In this document: positions 34,601 to 47,562 of the stretch, in pieces
Layout: every line of letters starts with the position of its first letter
How positions within the stretch are numbered: the first letter of the stretch is position 1
NCBI RefSeq assembly: GCF_963921235.1
Contig: NW_026948142.1
Coordinates: forward strand, 186,001-233,562
DNA length: 47,562 nt
DNA from: Mobula hypostoma
Lineage: Eukaryota
Direction of reading: 5' to 3'
Translations under genes and position numbers: made by a program
The notes under the pieces: generated by a model
Told to the model about the DNA's origin: nothing
Database searches by the model: none
What the model saw: the letters and a program-made list of their open reading frames with translations, nothing else

Positions 34601-37600
34601 CACCCTCTGTACCCCCTTTCTCCCATTCACACTCTGTACCCCCTCTGCCCATTCACCCTCTGTACCCCACTCCCACATTCACCCTCTTTAACCTCTCTCC
34701 CCATTCACCCTCAGTACCCCCTCTCCGCAGTCACCCTCAGTACCCCCTCTCCGCATTCACCCTCTGTACCCCCTCTCCCCATTCACCCTCTGTACCCCCT
34801 ACCCATTCACCTTCTGTATCCCCCATTAACCTTCTGTACTCCCCTCCCCATTCACCCTCTGTAACTCCCTCTCCCCATTCACACTGCACCCCCTCACCCC
34901 ATTCACCCTCTGTACCCCCTCTCCCCATTCACCCTCTGTAACCCCCTCTCCCCATTCACCCTCTGTAACCCCCTCTCCCCATTCACTCTCTGTTCCCCCT
35001 CTCCCCATTCACCCTCTGTACCCCCTCTCCCCATTCACCCTCTGTATCCCCCTCTCCCCCATTCTCCCTCAGTAACCCCCTCTCCCCATTCATCCCTCTG
35101 TAACCCCTTCTCCCCATTCACCTTCTGTACCCCCTCTCTCCATTCACCTTCTGTACCCCCTCTCCCCCATTCACCCTCTGTACCCCCTCTCACCGCATTC
35201 ACCTTTTGTACCCCACTCCCCCATTCACCCTCTGTACCCCCTCCCCATTCACCCTCTGTACCCCCTCCCCATTCACCCTCTGTACCCCCTCCGCATACAC
35301 TTTCATCCCCCCATTCACCTTCTGTAGCTCCCTCCCCCATTCACCCTCTGTACCCCTCTCCCCGTTCACCCTCTATACCCCTCTCCCCGTTCACCCTCTG
35401 TACCCCCTCTCCCCATTCACCCTCTGTACCCCACTCCCACATTCACCCTCTTTAACCTCTCTCCCCATTCACCCTCTGTACCCCCTCTCCCCATTCACCC
35501 TCTGTACCCCCTCTCCCCATTCACCCTCTGTACCCCACTCCCACATTAACCCTCTTTAACCTCTCTCCCCATTCACCCTCTGTACCCCCTCCGCATACAC
35601 TTTCTTACTCCCCATTCACCTTGTGTAGCCCCCTCCCCATTCACCCTCTCTACCCCCTCTCCGCATTCACCCTCTGTACCCCTTCCCCATTCACCCTCTG
35701 TACCCCCTCTGCCCATTCACCCTTTGTACCCCCTCCCCATTCACCCTTTGTACCCCCTCCCCATTCACCTTCTGTACTCCCCTCCCCATTCACTCTCTGT
35801 AACTCCCTCTCCCCATTCACACTGCACCCCCTCTCCCCATTCACCCTCTGTACCCCCTCTCCCCATTCACCTCTGTACCCCCTCTCCCCATTCACCCTCT
35901 GTATCCCCCTCTCCCCATTCATCCCTCTGTAACCCCCTCTCGCCCATTCACCTTCTGTACCCCCCTCTCCATTCACCCTCTGTCCCCTCTCCCCATTCAC
36001 CCTCTGTACCCTCTCTCCATTCACCCTCTGTCCCCTCTCCCCATTCACCCTCTGTACCCTCTCCCCCGTTCACACTCTGTACCATCTCCCCCATTCACAC
36101 TCTGTACCCCCTCACCCCATTTACACTCTGTATCCCCTCACCCCATTTACACTCTGTATCCCCTCTCCCCATTCACCCTCTGTACCCCCTCTCCCCGTTC
36201 AGCTTTGTACCCCGTCTCCCCATTCACACTCTGTACTTCCTTTCCCCCATTCACACTCTGTACCCCCTCTCTCCCATTCACCCTCTGTACCCCATCTCCC
36301 CCATTCACACACTGTACCCTCTCCCCCATTCACCCTGTCCCCTCTCCCCCACTCACCCTCTGTCCCCTCTCCCCACTCACCCTCTATAGCCCCTCTCCCC
36401 ATTCACCCTCTGTAGCCCCTCTCCCCCATTCACCCTCTGTACCCTCTCTCCCATTCACCCTCTGTAACCTCTCTCCCATTCACCCTCTGTACCTCCTCTC
36501 CCCATTCAACCTCTGTAGCCCCTATCCCCATTCACCTTCTGTACCCCCTCTCCCCATTCACCTTCTGTACCTCCTCTCCCCATTCACACTCTGTACTTCC
36601 TCTCCCCCATTCACACTCTGTACCCCCTCTCCCCATTCACCCTCAACCCCATTCACACTCTGTACCCCCTCTCCCCCCCATTCACCCTCTGTACCCCATC
36701 TCCCCCCATTCACCCTCTGTTCCCTCTCCGGCACTCACCCTCTGTCCCCTCTCCCCCACTCACCCTCTGTCCCCTCTCCCCCACTCACCCTCTATAGCCC
36801 CTCTCCCCATTCACCCTCTGTAGCCCCTCTCCCCCACTCACCCTCTGTAGCCCCTCTCCCCCATTCACCCTCTGTCCCCTCTCCCCCATTCACCCTCTGT
36901 CCCCTCTCCGGCACTCACCCTCTGTCCCCTCTCCCCCACTCACCCTCTGCAGCCCCTCTCCCCCACTCACCCTCTGCAGCCCCTCTCCCCCACTCACCCT
37001 CTGCAGCCCCTCTCCCGCATTCACCCTCTGTAGCCCCTCTCCCGCATTCACCCTCTGTACCCTCTCCCCATTCACACTCTGTACCCCTGCTCCCCATTCA
37101 CCTTCTGTACCCCCTCTCCCCATTCACCCTCTGTACCCCCTCTCCCCCCAGTCACCCTCTGTACCCCCTCTCCCCCCAATCACCCTCTGTCCCCTCTCCC
37201 CCACTCACCCTCTGTACCCCCTCGCCCAGTCACCCTCTGTACCCTCTCTCCCCCATTCACCCTCTATACCCCCTCTCCCCCATTCACACTCTGAACCCTC
37301 TCCCCATTCACACTCTGTCCCCTCTCCCCCACTCACACTCTGTCCCCTCTCCCCCACTCACACTCTGTCCCCTCTCCCCCACTCACCCTCTGTCCCCTCT
37401 CCCCCACTCACCCTCTATAGCCCCTTTCCCCAATCAGCCTATCCCCTCTCCCCCACTCACCCTCTGTCCCCTCTCCCCCACTCACCCTCTATAGCCCCTT
37501 TCCCCATTCACCCTCTGTAGCCCCTCTCCCCATTCACCCTCTGTACCCTCTCCCCATTCACACTCTGTACCCTCTCCCCATTCACACTCTGTACCCCCCT

Positions 37601-40600
37601 CCCCATTCACACTCTGTACCCCCTCTCCCCCACTCACCCTCTGTACCCCCTCTCTGCCAATCACCCTCTGTACCCACTCGCCCAATCACCCTCTGTACCC
37701 CCTCTCCCACATTCACACTCTGTACACTCTCCCCCACTCACCCTCTGTCCCCTCTCCCCCACTCACCCTCTGTCCCCTCTCCCCCACTCACCCTCTATAG
37801 CCCCTCTCCCCATTCACCCTCTGTCCCCTCTCCCCACTCACCCTCTGTCCCCTCTCCCCATTCACCCTCTGTCCCCTCTCCCCCACTCACCCTCTGTCCC
37901 CTCTCCGGCACTCACCCTCTGTCCCCTCTCCGGCACTCACCCTCTGTCCCCTCTCCCTCACTCACCCTCTGTAGCCCCTCTCCCCATTCACCCTCTGTAG
38001 CCCCTCTCCCCCATTCACCCTCTGTACCCCCTCTCTCCCATTCAACCTCTGTACCCCCTCTCCCCATTCACCCTCTGTACCCCACTCCCACATTCACCCT
38101 CTTTAACTCCTCTCCCTGTTCACCCTCTGTACCCCCTTTCTCCCATTCACCCTCTGTACCCCCTTTCTCCCATTCACACTCTGTACCCCCTCTGCCCATT
38201 CACCCTCTGTACCCCACTCCCACATTCACCCTCTTTAACCTCTCTCCCCATTCACCCTCTGTACCCCCTCTCCGCAGTCACCCTCTGTACCCCCTCTCCG
38301 CAGTCACCCTCTGTACCCCCTCTCCCCATTCACCCTCTGTACCCCCTCTCCCCATTCACCCTCTGTACCCCCTCCCCATTCTCCTTCTGTATCCCCCATT
38401 CACCTTCTGTACTCCCCTCCCCATTCACCCTCTGTACCCCTCTCCCCGTTCACCCTCTATACCCCTCTCCCCATTCACCCTCTGTACCCCCTCTCCCCAT
38501 TCACCCTCTGTACCCCACTCCCACATTCACCCTCTTTAACCTCTCTCCCCATTCACCCTCTGTACCCCCTCTCCCCATTCACCCTCTGTACCCCCTCTCC
38601 CCATTCACCCTCTGTACCCCACTCCCACATTAACCCTCTTTAACCTCTCTCCCCATTCACCCTCTGTACCCCCTCCCCATTCACCCTCTGTACCCCCTCC
38701 GCATACACTTTCTTACCCCCCATTCACCTTGTGTAGCCCCCTCCCCCATTCACCCTCTCTACCCCCTCTCCGCATTCACCCTCTGTACCCCTTCCCCATT
38801 CACCCTCTGTACCCCCTCTCCCCATTCACCCTTTGTACCCCCTCCCCATTCACCCTTTGTACCCCCTCCCCATTCACCTTCTGTACTCCCCTCCCCATTC
38901 ACTCTCTGTAACTCCCTCTCCCCATTCACACTGCACCCCCTCTCCCCATTCACCCTCTGTACCCCCTCTCCCCATTCACCCTCTGTACCCCCTCTCCCCA
39001 TTCACCTCTGTACCCCCTCTCCCCATTCACCCTCTGTATCCCCCTCTCCCCATTCATCCCTCTGTAACCCCCTCTCGCCCATTCACCTTCTGTACCCCCT
39101 CTCCCCATTCACCCTCTGTCCCCTCTCTCCATTCACCCTCTGTCCCCTCTCCCCATTCACCCTCTGTACCCTCTCTCCATTCACCCTCGGTACCCTCTCC
39201 CCATTCACCCTCTGTACCCTCTCCCCCGTTCACACTCTGTACCCCCTCACCCCATTTACACTCTGTATCCCCTCTCCCCATTCACCCTCTGTACCCCCTC
39301 TCCCCCGTTCACACTGTGTACCCCCTCTCCCCCATTCACACTCTGCACCCCCTCTCCTTATTCATCCTATGTACCCCCTCATTCACTCTCTGTACCCCCT
39401 CCCCATTCACCTTCTGTACCCCCCTCCCCATTCACACTCTGTACTATCTCTCCCCCATTCATCTTCTGTACCCCCCATTCACATTCTGTACCCCCTCTCC
39501 CATTCACCCTTTGTAACCCCCTCTCCCCATTCACCCTCTGTAACCCCCTCCCCACTAACCTTCTGTAACCCCCTCTTCTCCATTAACCTTCTGTACCCCA
39601 CTCCCCCATTCACTCTCTGTACCCCCTCTCTCCCATTCACCCTCTGTACCCCCTCTCCCCATTCACCCTCTGTACCCCACTCCCACATTCACCCTCTTTA
39701 ACTCCTCTCCCTGTTCATCCTCTGTACCCCCTTTCTCCCATTCACCCTCTGTACGCCCTTTCTCCCATTCACACTCTGTACCCACTCTGCCCATTCACCC
39801 TCTGTACCCCACTCCCACATTCACCCTATTTAACCTCTCTCCCCATTCACCCTCTGTACCCCCTCTCCGCAGTTACCCTCTGTACCCCCCCTCCCCATTC
39901 ACCTTCTGTACCCCCTCCCCATTCACCTTCTGTACCCCCTCCCCATTCACCTTCTGTACCCCCCATTCACATTCTGTACCCCCTCTCCCATTCACCCTCT
40001 GCACCCCCTCTCCCCATTCACCCTCTGTAACCCTCTCCCCATTAACCTTCTGTAACCCCCTCTCCTCCATTAACCTTCTGTACCCCACTCCCCCATTCAC
40101 CCTCTGTACCCCTCTCCCCATTCACCCTCTGTACCCCTCTCCCCATTCACCCTCTGTACCCCCTCTCCCCATTCACCCTCTGTATCCCCCTCTCCCCATT
40201 CATCCCTCTGTAACCCCCTCTCGCCCATTCATCCCTCTGTAACCCCCTCTCGCCCATTCACCTTCTGTACCCCCTCTCTCCATTCACCCTCTGTCCCCTC
40301 TCCCCATTCACCCTCTGTACCCTCTCTCCATTCACCCTCTGTACCCTCTCCCCATTCACCCTCTGTACCCTCTCCCCATTCACCCTCTGTACCCTCTCCC
40401 CCATTCACACTCTGTACCATCTCCCCCATTCACACTCTGTACCATCTCCCCCATTCACACTCTGTACCCCTCACCCCATTTACCCTCTGTACCCCCTCTC
40501 CCCGTTCAGCTTCTGTACCCCCTCTCCCCATTCACACTCTGTACTTCGTCTCCCCATTCACACTCTGTACTTCGTCTCCCCCATTCACCTTCTGTACCCC

Positions 40601-43600
40601 CTCTCCCCATTCACACTCTGTACTTCCTCTCCCCGTTCACACTCTGTACCCCCTCTCCCCCATTCACACTCTGCACCCCCTCTCCCTATTCATCCTCTGT
40701 ACCCCCTCACTCACTCTCTGTACCCCCTCTCCATTCACCTTCTGTACCCCCTCCCCATTCACCTTCTGTACCCCCCATTCACATTCTGTACCCCCTCTCC
40801 CATTCACCCTTTGTAACCCCCTCTCTCCCATTCACCCTCTGCACCCCCTCTCCCCCTCTCCCCATTCACCCTCTGTAACCCCCTCCCCATTAACCTTCTG
40901 TAACCCCCTCTTCTCCATTAACCTTCTGTACCCCACTCCCCCATTCACTCTCTGTACCCCCTCTCTCCCATTCACCCTCTGTACCCCTCTCCCTGTTCAC
41001 CCTCTGTACCCCCTTTCTCCCATTCACCCTCTGTACGCCCTTTCTCCCATTCACCTTCTGTAACCCCTCTCCCCATTCACCCTCTGTACCCCACTCCCAC
41101 ATTCACCCTATTTAACCTCTCTCCCCATTCACCCTCTGTACCCCCTCTCCGCATTCACTCTCTGTACCCCATCCCCATTCACCCTCTGTACCCCCTTTCC
41201 CCATTCACCCTCTGTACCCCACTCCCCCATTCACCCTCTGTACCCCACTCTCCCCATTCACCCTCTGTACCCCCACTCTCCCATTCACCCTCTGTACCCC
41301 CCCTCTCCCATTCACCCTCTGTACCCCCTCTCCACATTCACCCTCTGTACCCCCTCTCCACATTCACCCTCTGTACCCCACTCCCACATTCACCCTCTTT
41401 AACTCCTCTCCCTGTTCACCCTCTGTACCCCCTTTCTCCCATTCACCCTCTGTACTCCCATTCACCTTCTGTACCCCCTCTCCCCATTCACCCTCTGTAC
41501 CCCACTCCCACATTCACCCTCTTTAACCTCTCTCCCCATTCACCCTCTGTACCCCCTCTCCGCAGTCACCCTCTGTACCCCCTCTCCGCAGTCACCCTCT
41601 GTACCCCCTCTCCGCAGTCACCCTCTGTACCCCCTCTCCGTATTCACCCTCCCTCTGTACCCCCTCTCCCCATTCACCTTCTGTATCCCCCCATTCACCT
41701 TCTGTATCCCCCCATTCACCTTCTGTACTCCCCTCCCCATTCACCCTCTGTAACTCCCTCTCCCCATTCACCCTCTGTACCCCCTCTCCCCATTCACCCT
41801 CTGTAACCCCCCTCCCCATTCACCCTCTGTACCCCCTCTCACCGCATTCACCTTTTGCACCCCACTCCCCCATTCACCGTCTGTACCCCCTCCCCATTCA
41901 CCCTCTGTACCCCCTCCGCATACACTTTCTTTACCCCCCATTCACCTTCTGTAGCCCCCTCCCCCATTCACCCTCTGTACCCCTCTCCCCATTCACCCTC
42001 TATAACCCTCTCCCCGTTCACCCTCTGTACCCCCTCTCCCCCCTCTCCCCATTCACCCTCTGTACCCCCTCTCCCCATTCACCCTCTGTACCCCCTCTCC
42101 CCATTCACCCTCTGTCCTCACTCCCACATTCACCCTCTTTAACCTCTCTCCCCATTCACCCTCTGTACCCCCTCTCCCCATTCACCCTCTGTACCCCACT
42201 CCCACATTCACCCTCTGTACCCCACTCCCACATTCACCCTCTTTAACCTCTCTCCCCATTCACCCTCTGTACCCCCTCCCCATTCACCCTCTGTACCCCC
42301 TCCGCATACACTTTCTTACCCCCCCATTCACCTTGTGTAGCCCCCTCCCCCATTCACCCTCTCTACCCCCTCTCCGCATTCACCCTCTGTACCCCTTCCC
42401 CATTCACCATCTGTACCCCCTCTCCCCATTCACCCTCTGTACCCCCTCTCCCCATTATCCCTTTGTACCCCCTCCCCATTCACCTTCTGTACTCCCCTCC
42501 CCATTCACTCTCTGTAACTCCCTCTCCCCATTCACACTGCACCCCCTCTCCCAATTCACCCGCTGTACCCCCTCTCCCCATTCACCTCTGTACCCCCTCT
42601 CCCCATTCACCCTTTGTACCCCCTCTCCCCATTCATCCCTCCGTAACCCCCTCTCGCCCATTCACCTTCTGTACCCCCTCTCTCCATTCACCCTCTGTCC
42701 CCTCTCCCCATTCACCCTCTGTACCCTCTCTCCATTCACCCTCTGTACCCTCTCTCCATTCACCCTCTGTACCCTCTCCCCATTCACCCTCTGTACCCTC
42801 TCTCCATTCACCCTCTGTACCCTCTCCCCATTCACCCTCTGTACCCTCTCCCCGTTCACACTCTGTACCATCTCCCCCATTCACACTCTGTACCCCCTCA
42901 CCCCATTTACACTCTGTATCCCCTCTCCCCATTCACCCTCTGTACCCCCTCTCCCCGTTCAGCTTCTGTACCCCCTCTCCCCATTCACACTCTGTACTTC
43001 CTCTCCCCCATTCACACTCTGTACCCCCTCTCCCCATTCACACTCTGCACCCCCTCTCCTTATTCATCCTCTGTACCCCCTCATTCACTCTCTGTACCCC
43101 CTCCCCATTCACCTTCTGTACCCCCTCTCCCATTCACCCTCTGTAACCCCCTCCCCATTCACCCTCTGTACCCCACTCCCACATTCACCCTCTTTAACTC
43201 CTCTCCCTGTTCACCCTCTGTACCCCCTTTCTCCCATTCACCCTCTGTACGCCCTTTCTCCCATTCACACTCTGCACCCCCTCTACCCCCTCTCCCATTC
43301 ACCCTCTGCACCCCCTCTCCCCATTCACCCTCTGTAACCCTCTCCCCATTAACCTTCTGTAACCCCCTCTCCGCCATTAACCTTCTGTACCCCACTCCCC
43401 CATTCACCCTCTGTACCCCCTCTGCCCATTCACCCTCTGTACCCCACTCCCACATTCACCCTATTTAACCTCTCTCCCCATTCACCCTCTGTACTCCCTC
43501 TCCGCAGTCACCCTCTGTACCCCCTCTCCCCATTCACCTTCTGTACCCCCTCCCCATTCACCTTCTGTATCCCCCATTCACATTCTGTACCCCCTCTCCC

Positions 43601-46600
43601 ATTCACCCTCTGCACCCCCTCTCCCCATTCACCCTCTGTAACCCTCTCCCCATTAACCTTCTGTAACCCCCTCTCCGCCATTAACCTTCTGTACCCCACT
43701 CCCCCATTCACCCTCTGTACCCCCTCTCTCCCATTCACCCTCTGTACCCCCTCTCCACATTCAACCTCTGTACCCCACTCCCACATTCACCCTCTTTAAC
43801 TCCTCTCCCTGTTCACCCTCTGTACCCCCTTTCTCCCATTCACCCTCTGTACCCCCTCTCCCCATTCACCCTCTGTACCCCACTCCCACATTCACCCTCT
43901 TTAACCTCTCTCCCCATTCACCCTCTGTACCCCCTCTCCACATTCAACCTCTGTACCCCACTCCCACATTCACCCTCTTTAACTCCTCTCCCTGTTCACC
44001 CTCTGTACCCCCTTTCTCCCATTCACCCTCTGTACGCCCTTTCTCCCATTCACCCTCTGTACCCCCTCTGCCCATTCACCCTCTGTACCCCACTCCCACA
44101 TTCACCCTATTTAACCTCTCTCCCCATTCACCCTCTGTACTCCCTCTCCGCAGTCACCCTCTGTACCCCCTCTCCCCATTCACCTTCTGTACCCCCTCCC
44201 CATTCACCTTCTGTACCCCCTCCCCATTCACCTTCTGTATCCCCCATTCACATTCTGTACCCCCTCTCCCATTCACCCTCTGCACCCCCTCTCCCCATTC
44301 ACCCTCTGTAACCCTCTCCCCATTAACCTTCTGTAACCCCCTCTCCGCCATTAACCTTCTGTACCCCACTCCCCCATTCACCCTCTGTACCCCCTCTCCC
44401 CATTCACCCTCTGTACCCCCTCTCCACATTCAACCTCTGTACCCCACTCCCACATTCACTCTCTTTAACCTCTCTCCCCATTCACCCTCTGTACCCCCTC
44501 TCCGCAGTCACCCTCTGTACCCCCTCTCCGCATTCACCCTCTGTACCCCCTCTCCCCATTCACCCTCTGTACCCCACTCCCACATTCACCCTCTTTAACC
44601 TCTCTCCCCATTCACCCTCTGTACCCCCTCTCCGCAGTCACCCTCTGTACCCCCTCTCCGCAGTCACCCTCTGTACCCCCTCTCCGTATTCACCCTCTGT
44701 ACCCCCTTTCTCCCATTCACCCTCTGTACTCCCATTCACCTTCTGTACCCCCTCTCCCCATTCACCCTCTGTACCCCACTCCCACATTCACCCTCTTTAA
44801 CCTCTCTCCCCATTCACCCTCTGTACCCCCTCTCCGCAGTCACCCTCTGTACCCCCTCTCCGCAGTCACCCTCTGTACCCCCTCTCCGCAGTCACCCTCT
44901 GTACCCCCTCTCCGTATTCACCCTCTGTACCCCCTCTCCCCATTCACCTTCTGTATCCCCCCATTCACCTTCTGTATCCCCCCATTCACCTTCTGTACTC
45001 CCCTCCCCATTCACCCTCTGTAACTCCCTCTCCCCATTCACCCTCTGTACCCCCTCTCCCCATTCACCCTCTGTAACCCCCCTCCCCATTCACCCTCTGT
45101 ACCCCCTCTCACCGCATTCACCTTTTGCACCCCACTCCCCCATTCACCGTCTGTACCCCCTCCCCATTCACCCTCTGTACCCCCTCCGCATACACTTTCT
45201 TTACCCCCCATTCACCTTCTGTAGCCCCCTCCCCCATTCACCCTCTGTACCCCTCTCCCCATTCACCCTCTATAACCCTCTCCCCGTTCACCCTCTGTAC
45301 CCCCTCTCCCCCCTCTCCCCATTCACCCTCTGTACCCCCTCTCCCCATTCACCCTCTGTACCCCCTCTCCCCATTCACCCTCTGTCCTCACTCCCACATT
45401 CACCCTCTTTAACCTCTCTCCCCATTCACCCTCTGTACCCCCTCTCCCCATTCACCCTCTGTACCCCACTCCCACATTCACCCTCTGTACCCCACTCCCA
45501 CATTCACCCTCTTTAACCTCTCTCCCCATTCACCCTCTGTACCCCCTCCCCATTCACCCTCTGTACCCCCTCCGCATACACTTTCTTACCCCCCCATTCA
45601 CCTTGTGTAGCCCCCTCCCCCATTCACCCTCTCTACCCCCTCTCCGCATTCACCCTCTGTACCCCTTCCCCATTCACCATCTGTACCCCCTCTCCCCATT
45701 CACCCTCTGTACCCCCTTTCCCCATTCACCCTCTGTACCCCCTCTCCCCATTATCCCTTTGTACCCCCTCCCCATTCACCTTCTGTACTCCCCTCCCCAT
45801 TCACTCTCTGTAACTCCCTCTCCATTCACCTTCTGTACCCCTTCCCCATTCACCTTCAGTACCCCCCATTCACATTCTGTACCCCCTCTCCCATTCACCC
45901 TTTGTAACCCCCTCTCTCCCATTCACCCTCTGCACCCCCTCTCCCCATTCACCCTCTGTAACCCCCTCCCCATTAACCTTCTGTAACCCCCTCTTCTCCA
46001 TTAACCTTCTGTACCCCACTCCCCCATTCACTCTCTGTACCCCCTCTCTCCCATTCACCCTCTGTACCCCTCTCCCTGTTCACCCTCTGTACCCCCTTTC
46101 TCCCATTCACCCTCTGTACCCCCTTTCCCCATTCACCCTCTGTACCCCACTCCCCCATTCACCCTCTGTACCCCACTCCCCCATTCACCCTCTGTACCCC
46201 CACTCTCCCATTCACCCTCTGTACCCCCCCTCTCTCCCATTCACCCTCTGTACCCCCTCTCCACATTCACCCTCTGTACCCCACTCCCACATTCACCCTC
46301 TTTAACTCCTCTCCCTGTTCACCCTCTGTACCCCCTTTCTCCCATTCACCCTCTGTACTCCCATTCACCTTCTGTACCCCCTCTCCCCATTCACCCTCTG
46401 TACCCCACTCCCACATTCACCCTATTTAACCTCTCTCCCCATTCACCCTCTGTACCCCCTCTCCGCATTCACTCTCTGTACCCCATCCCCATTCACCCTC
46501 TGTACCCCCTTTCCCCATTCACCCTCTGTACCCCACTCCCCCATTCACCCTCTGTACCCCACTCCCCCATTCACCCTCTGTACCCCCACTCTCCCATTCA

Positions 46601-47562
46601 CCCTCTGTACCCCCCCTCTCCCATTCACCCTCTGTACCCCCTCTCCACATTCACCCTCTGTACCCCACTCCCACATTCACCCTCTTTAACTCCTCTCCCT
46701 GTTCACCCTCTGTACCCCCTTTCTCCCATTCACCCTCTGTACTCCCATTCACCTTCTGTACCCCCTCTCCCCATTCACCCTCTGTACCCCACTCCCACAT
46801 TCACCCTCTTTAACCTCTCTCCCCATTCACCCTCTGTACCCCCTCTCCCATTCAGTCACCCTCTGTACCCCCTCTCCGCAGTCACCCTCTGTACCCCCTC
46901 TCCGTATTCACCCTCTGTACCCCCCCTCCCCAGTCACCCTCTGTATCCCCTCCCCCATTCACCTTCTGTATCCCCCCATTCACCTTCTGTACTCCCCTCC
47001 CCATTCACCCTCTGTAACTCCCTCACCCCATTCACCCTCTGTACCCCCTCTCCCCATTCACCCTCTGTAACCCCCCTCCCCATTCACCCTCTGTACCCCC
47101 TCTCACCGCATTCACCTTTTGCACCCCACTCCCCCATTCACCGTCTGTACCCCCTCCCCATTCACCCTCTGTACCCCCTCCGCATACACTTTCTTTACCC
47201 CCATTCACCTTCTGTAGCCCCCTCCCCCATTCACCCTCTGTACCCCTCTCCCCATTCACCCTCTATAACCCTCTCCCCGTTCACCCTCTGTACCCCCTCT
47301 CCCCCCTCTCCCCATTCACCCTCTGTACCCCCTCTCCCCATTCACCCTCTGTACCCCACTCCCACATTCACCCTATTTAACCTCTCTCCCCATTCACCCT
47401 CTGTACCCCCTCTCCGCATTCACTCTCTGTACCCCATCCCCATTCACCCTCTGTACCCCCTTTCCCCATTCACCCTCTGTACCCCACTCCCCCATTCACC
47501 CTCTGTACCCCACTCCCCCATTCACCCTCTGTACCCCCACTCTCCCATTCACCCTCTGTACC
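28660..47562. repeat. Giant strand-asymmetric minisatellite, ~26-bp unit CCCATTCACCCTCTGTACCCCCTCTC, roughly 700 copies, truncated by window end
   Basis: Continuous variant units of ~24-28 bp; higher-order duplications visible as identical or near-identical translated blocks. Confidence 0.98.

Noticed and set aside
28592..47259. Many Pro/His/Ser-rich (extensin-like) and Gly/Glu/Arg-rich ORFs up to 429 aa
   Set aside because: Translations of a 26-bp minisatellite; unit length is variable and not a multiple of 3, and ORFs appear in all frames on both strands

Overview
Eukaryotic, repeat-dominated vertebrate genomic DNA. The repeat families (many CR1 LINEs with an esterase ORF1, Rex1/Babar, Tx1, hammerhead-bearing palindromic elements) suggest a cartilaginous fish; this is an inference. 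The only host coding sequence I can support is three GT-AG-flanked, phase-compatible + strand exons (20733-20831, 25695-25830, 28126-28244). They splice into 118 uninterrupted codons of an Ldh_2-family (PF02615; ComC/AllD/YbiC/DpkA/YjmC-like) NAD(P)-dependent oxidoreductase; the middle exon is absent from the ORF track. The rest appears intronic: a near full-length CR1 (13338-17606), many truncated CR1s, a Rex1/Babar fragment, two nested solo LTRs, a tRNA-derived SINE, a Tx1 fragment, and two palindromic Penelope-type insertions with minimal hammerhead ribozyme cores. One of those insertions duplicated the exon's 5' splice site as its TSD. There is also a ~57-bp satellite amplified in situ from a CR1 segment, several smaller tandem arrays, and a >18.9-kb C-rich/G-rich 26-bp minisatellite with higher-order structure that runs off the window end.
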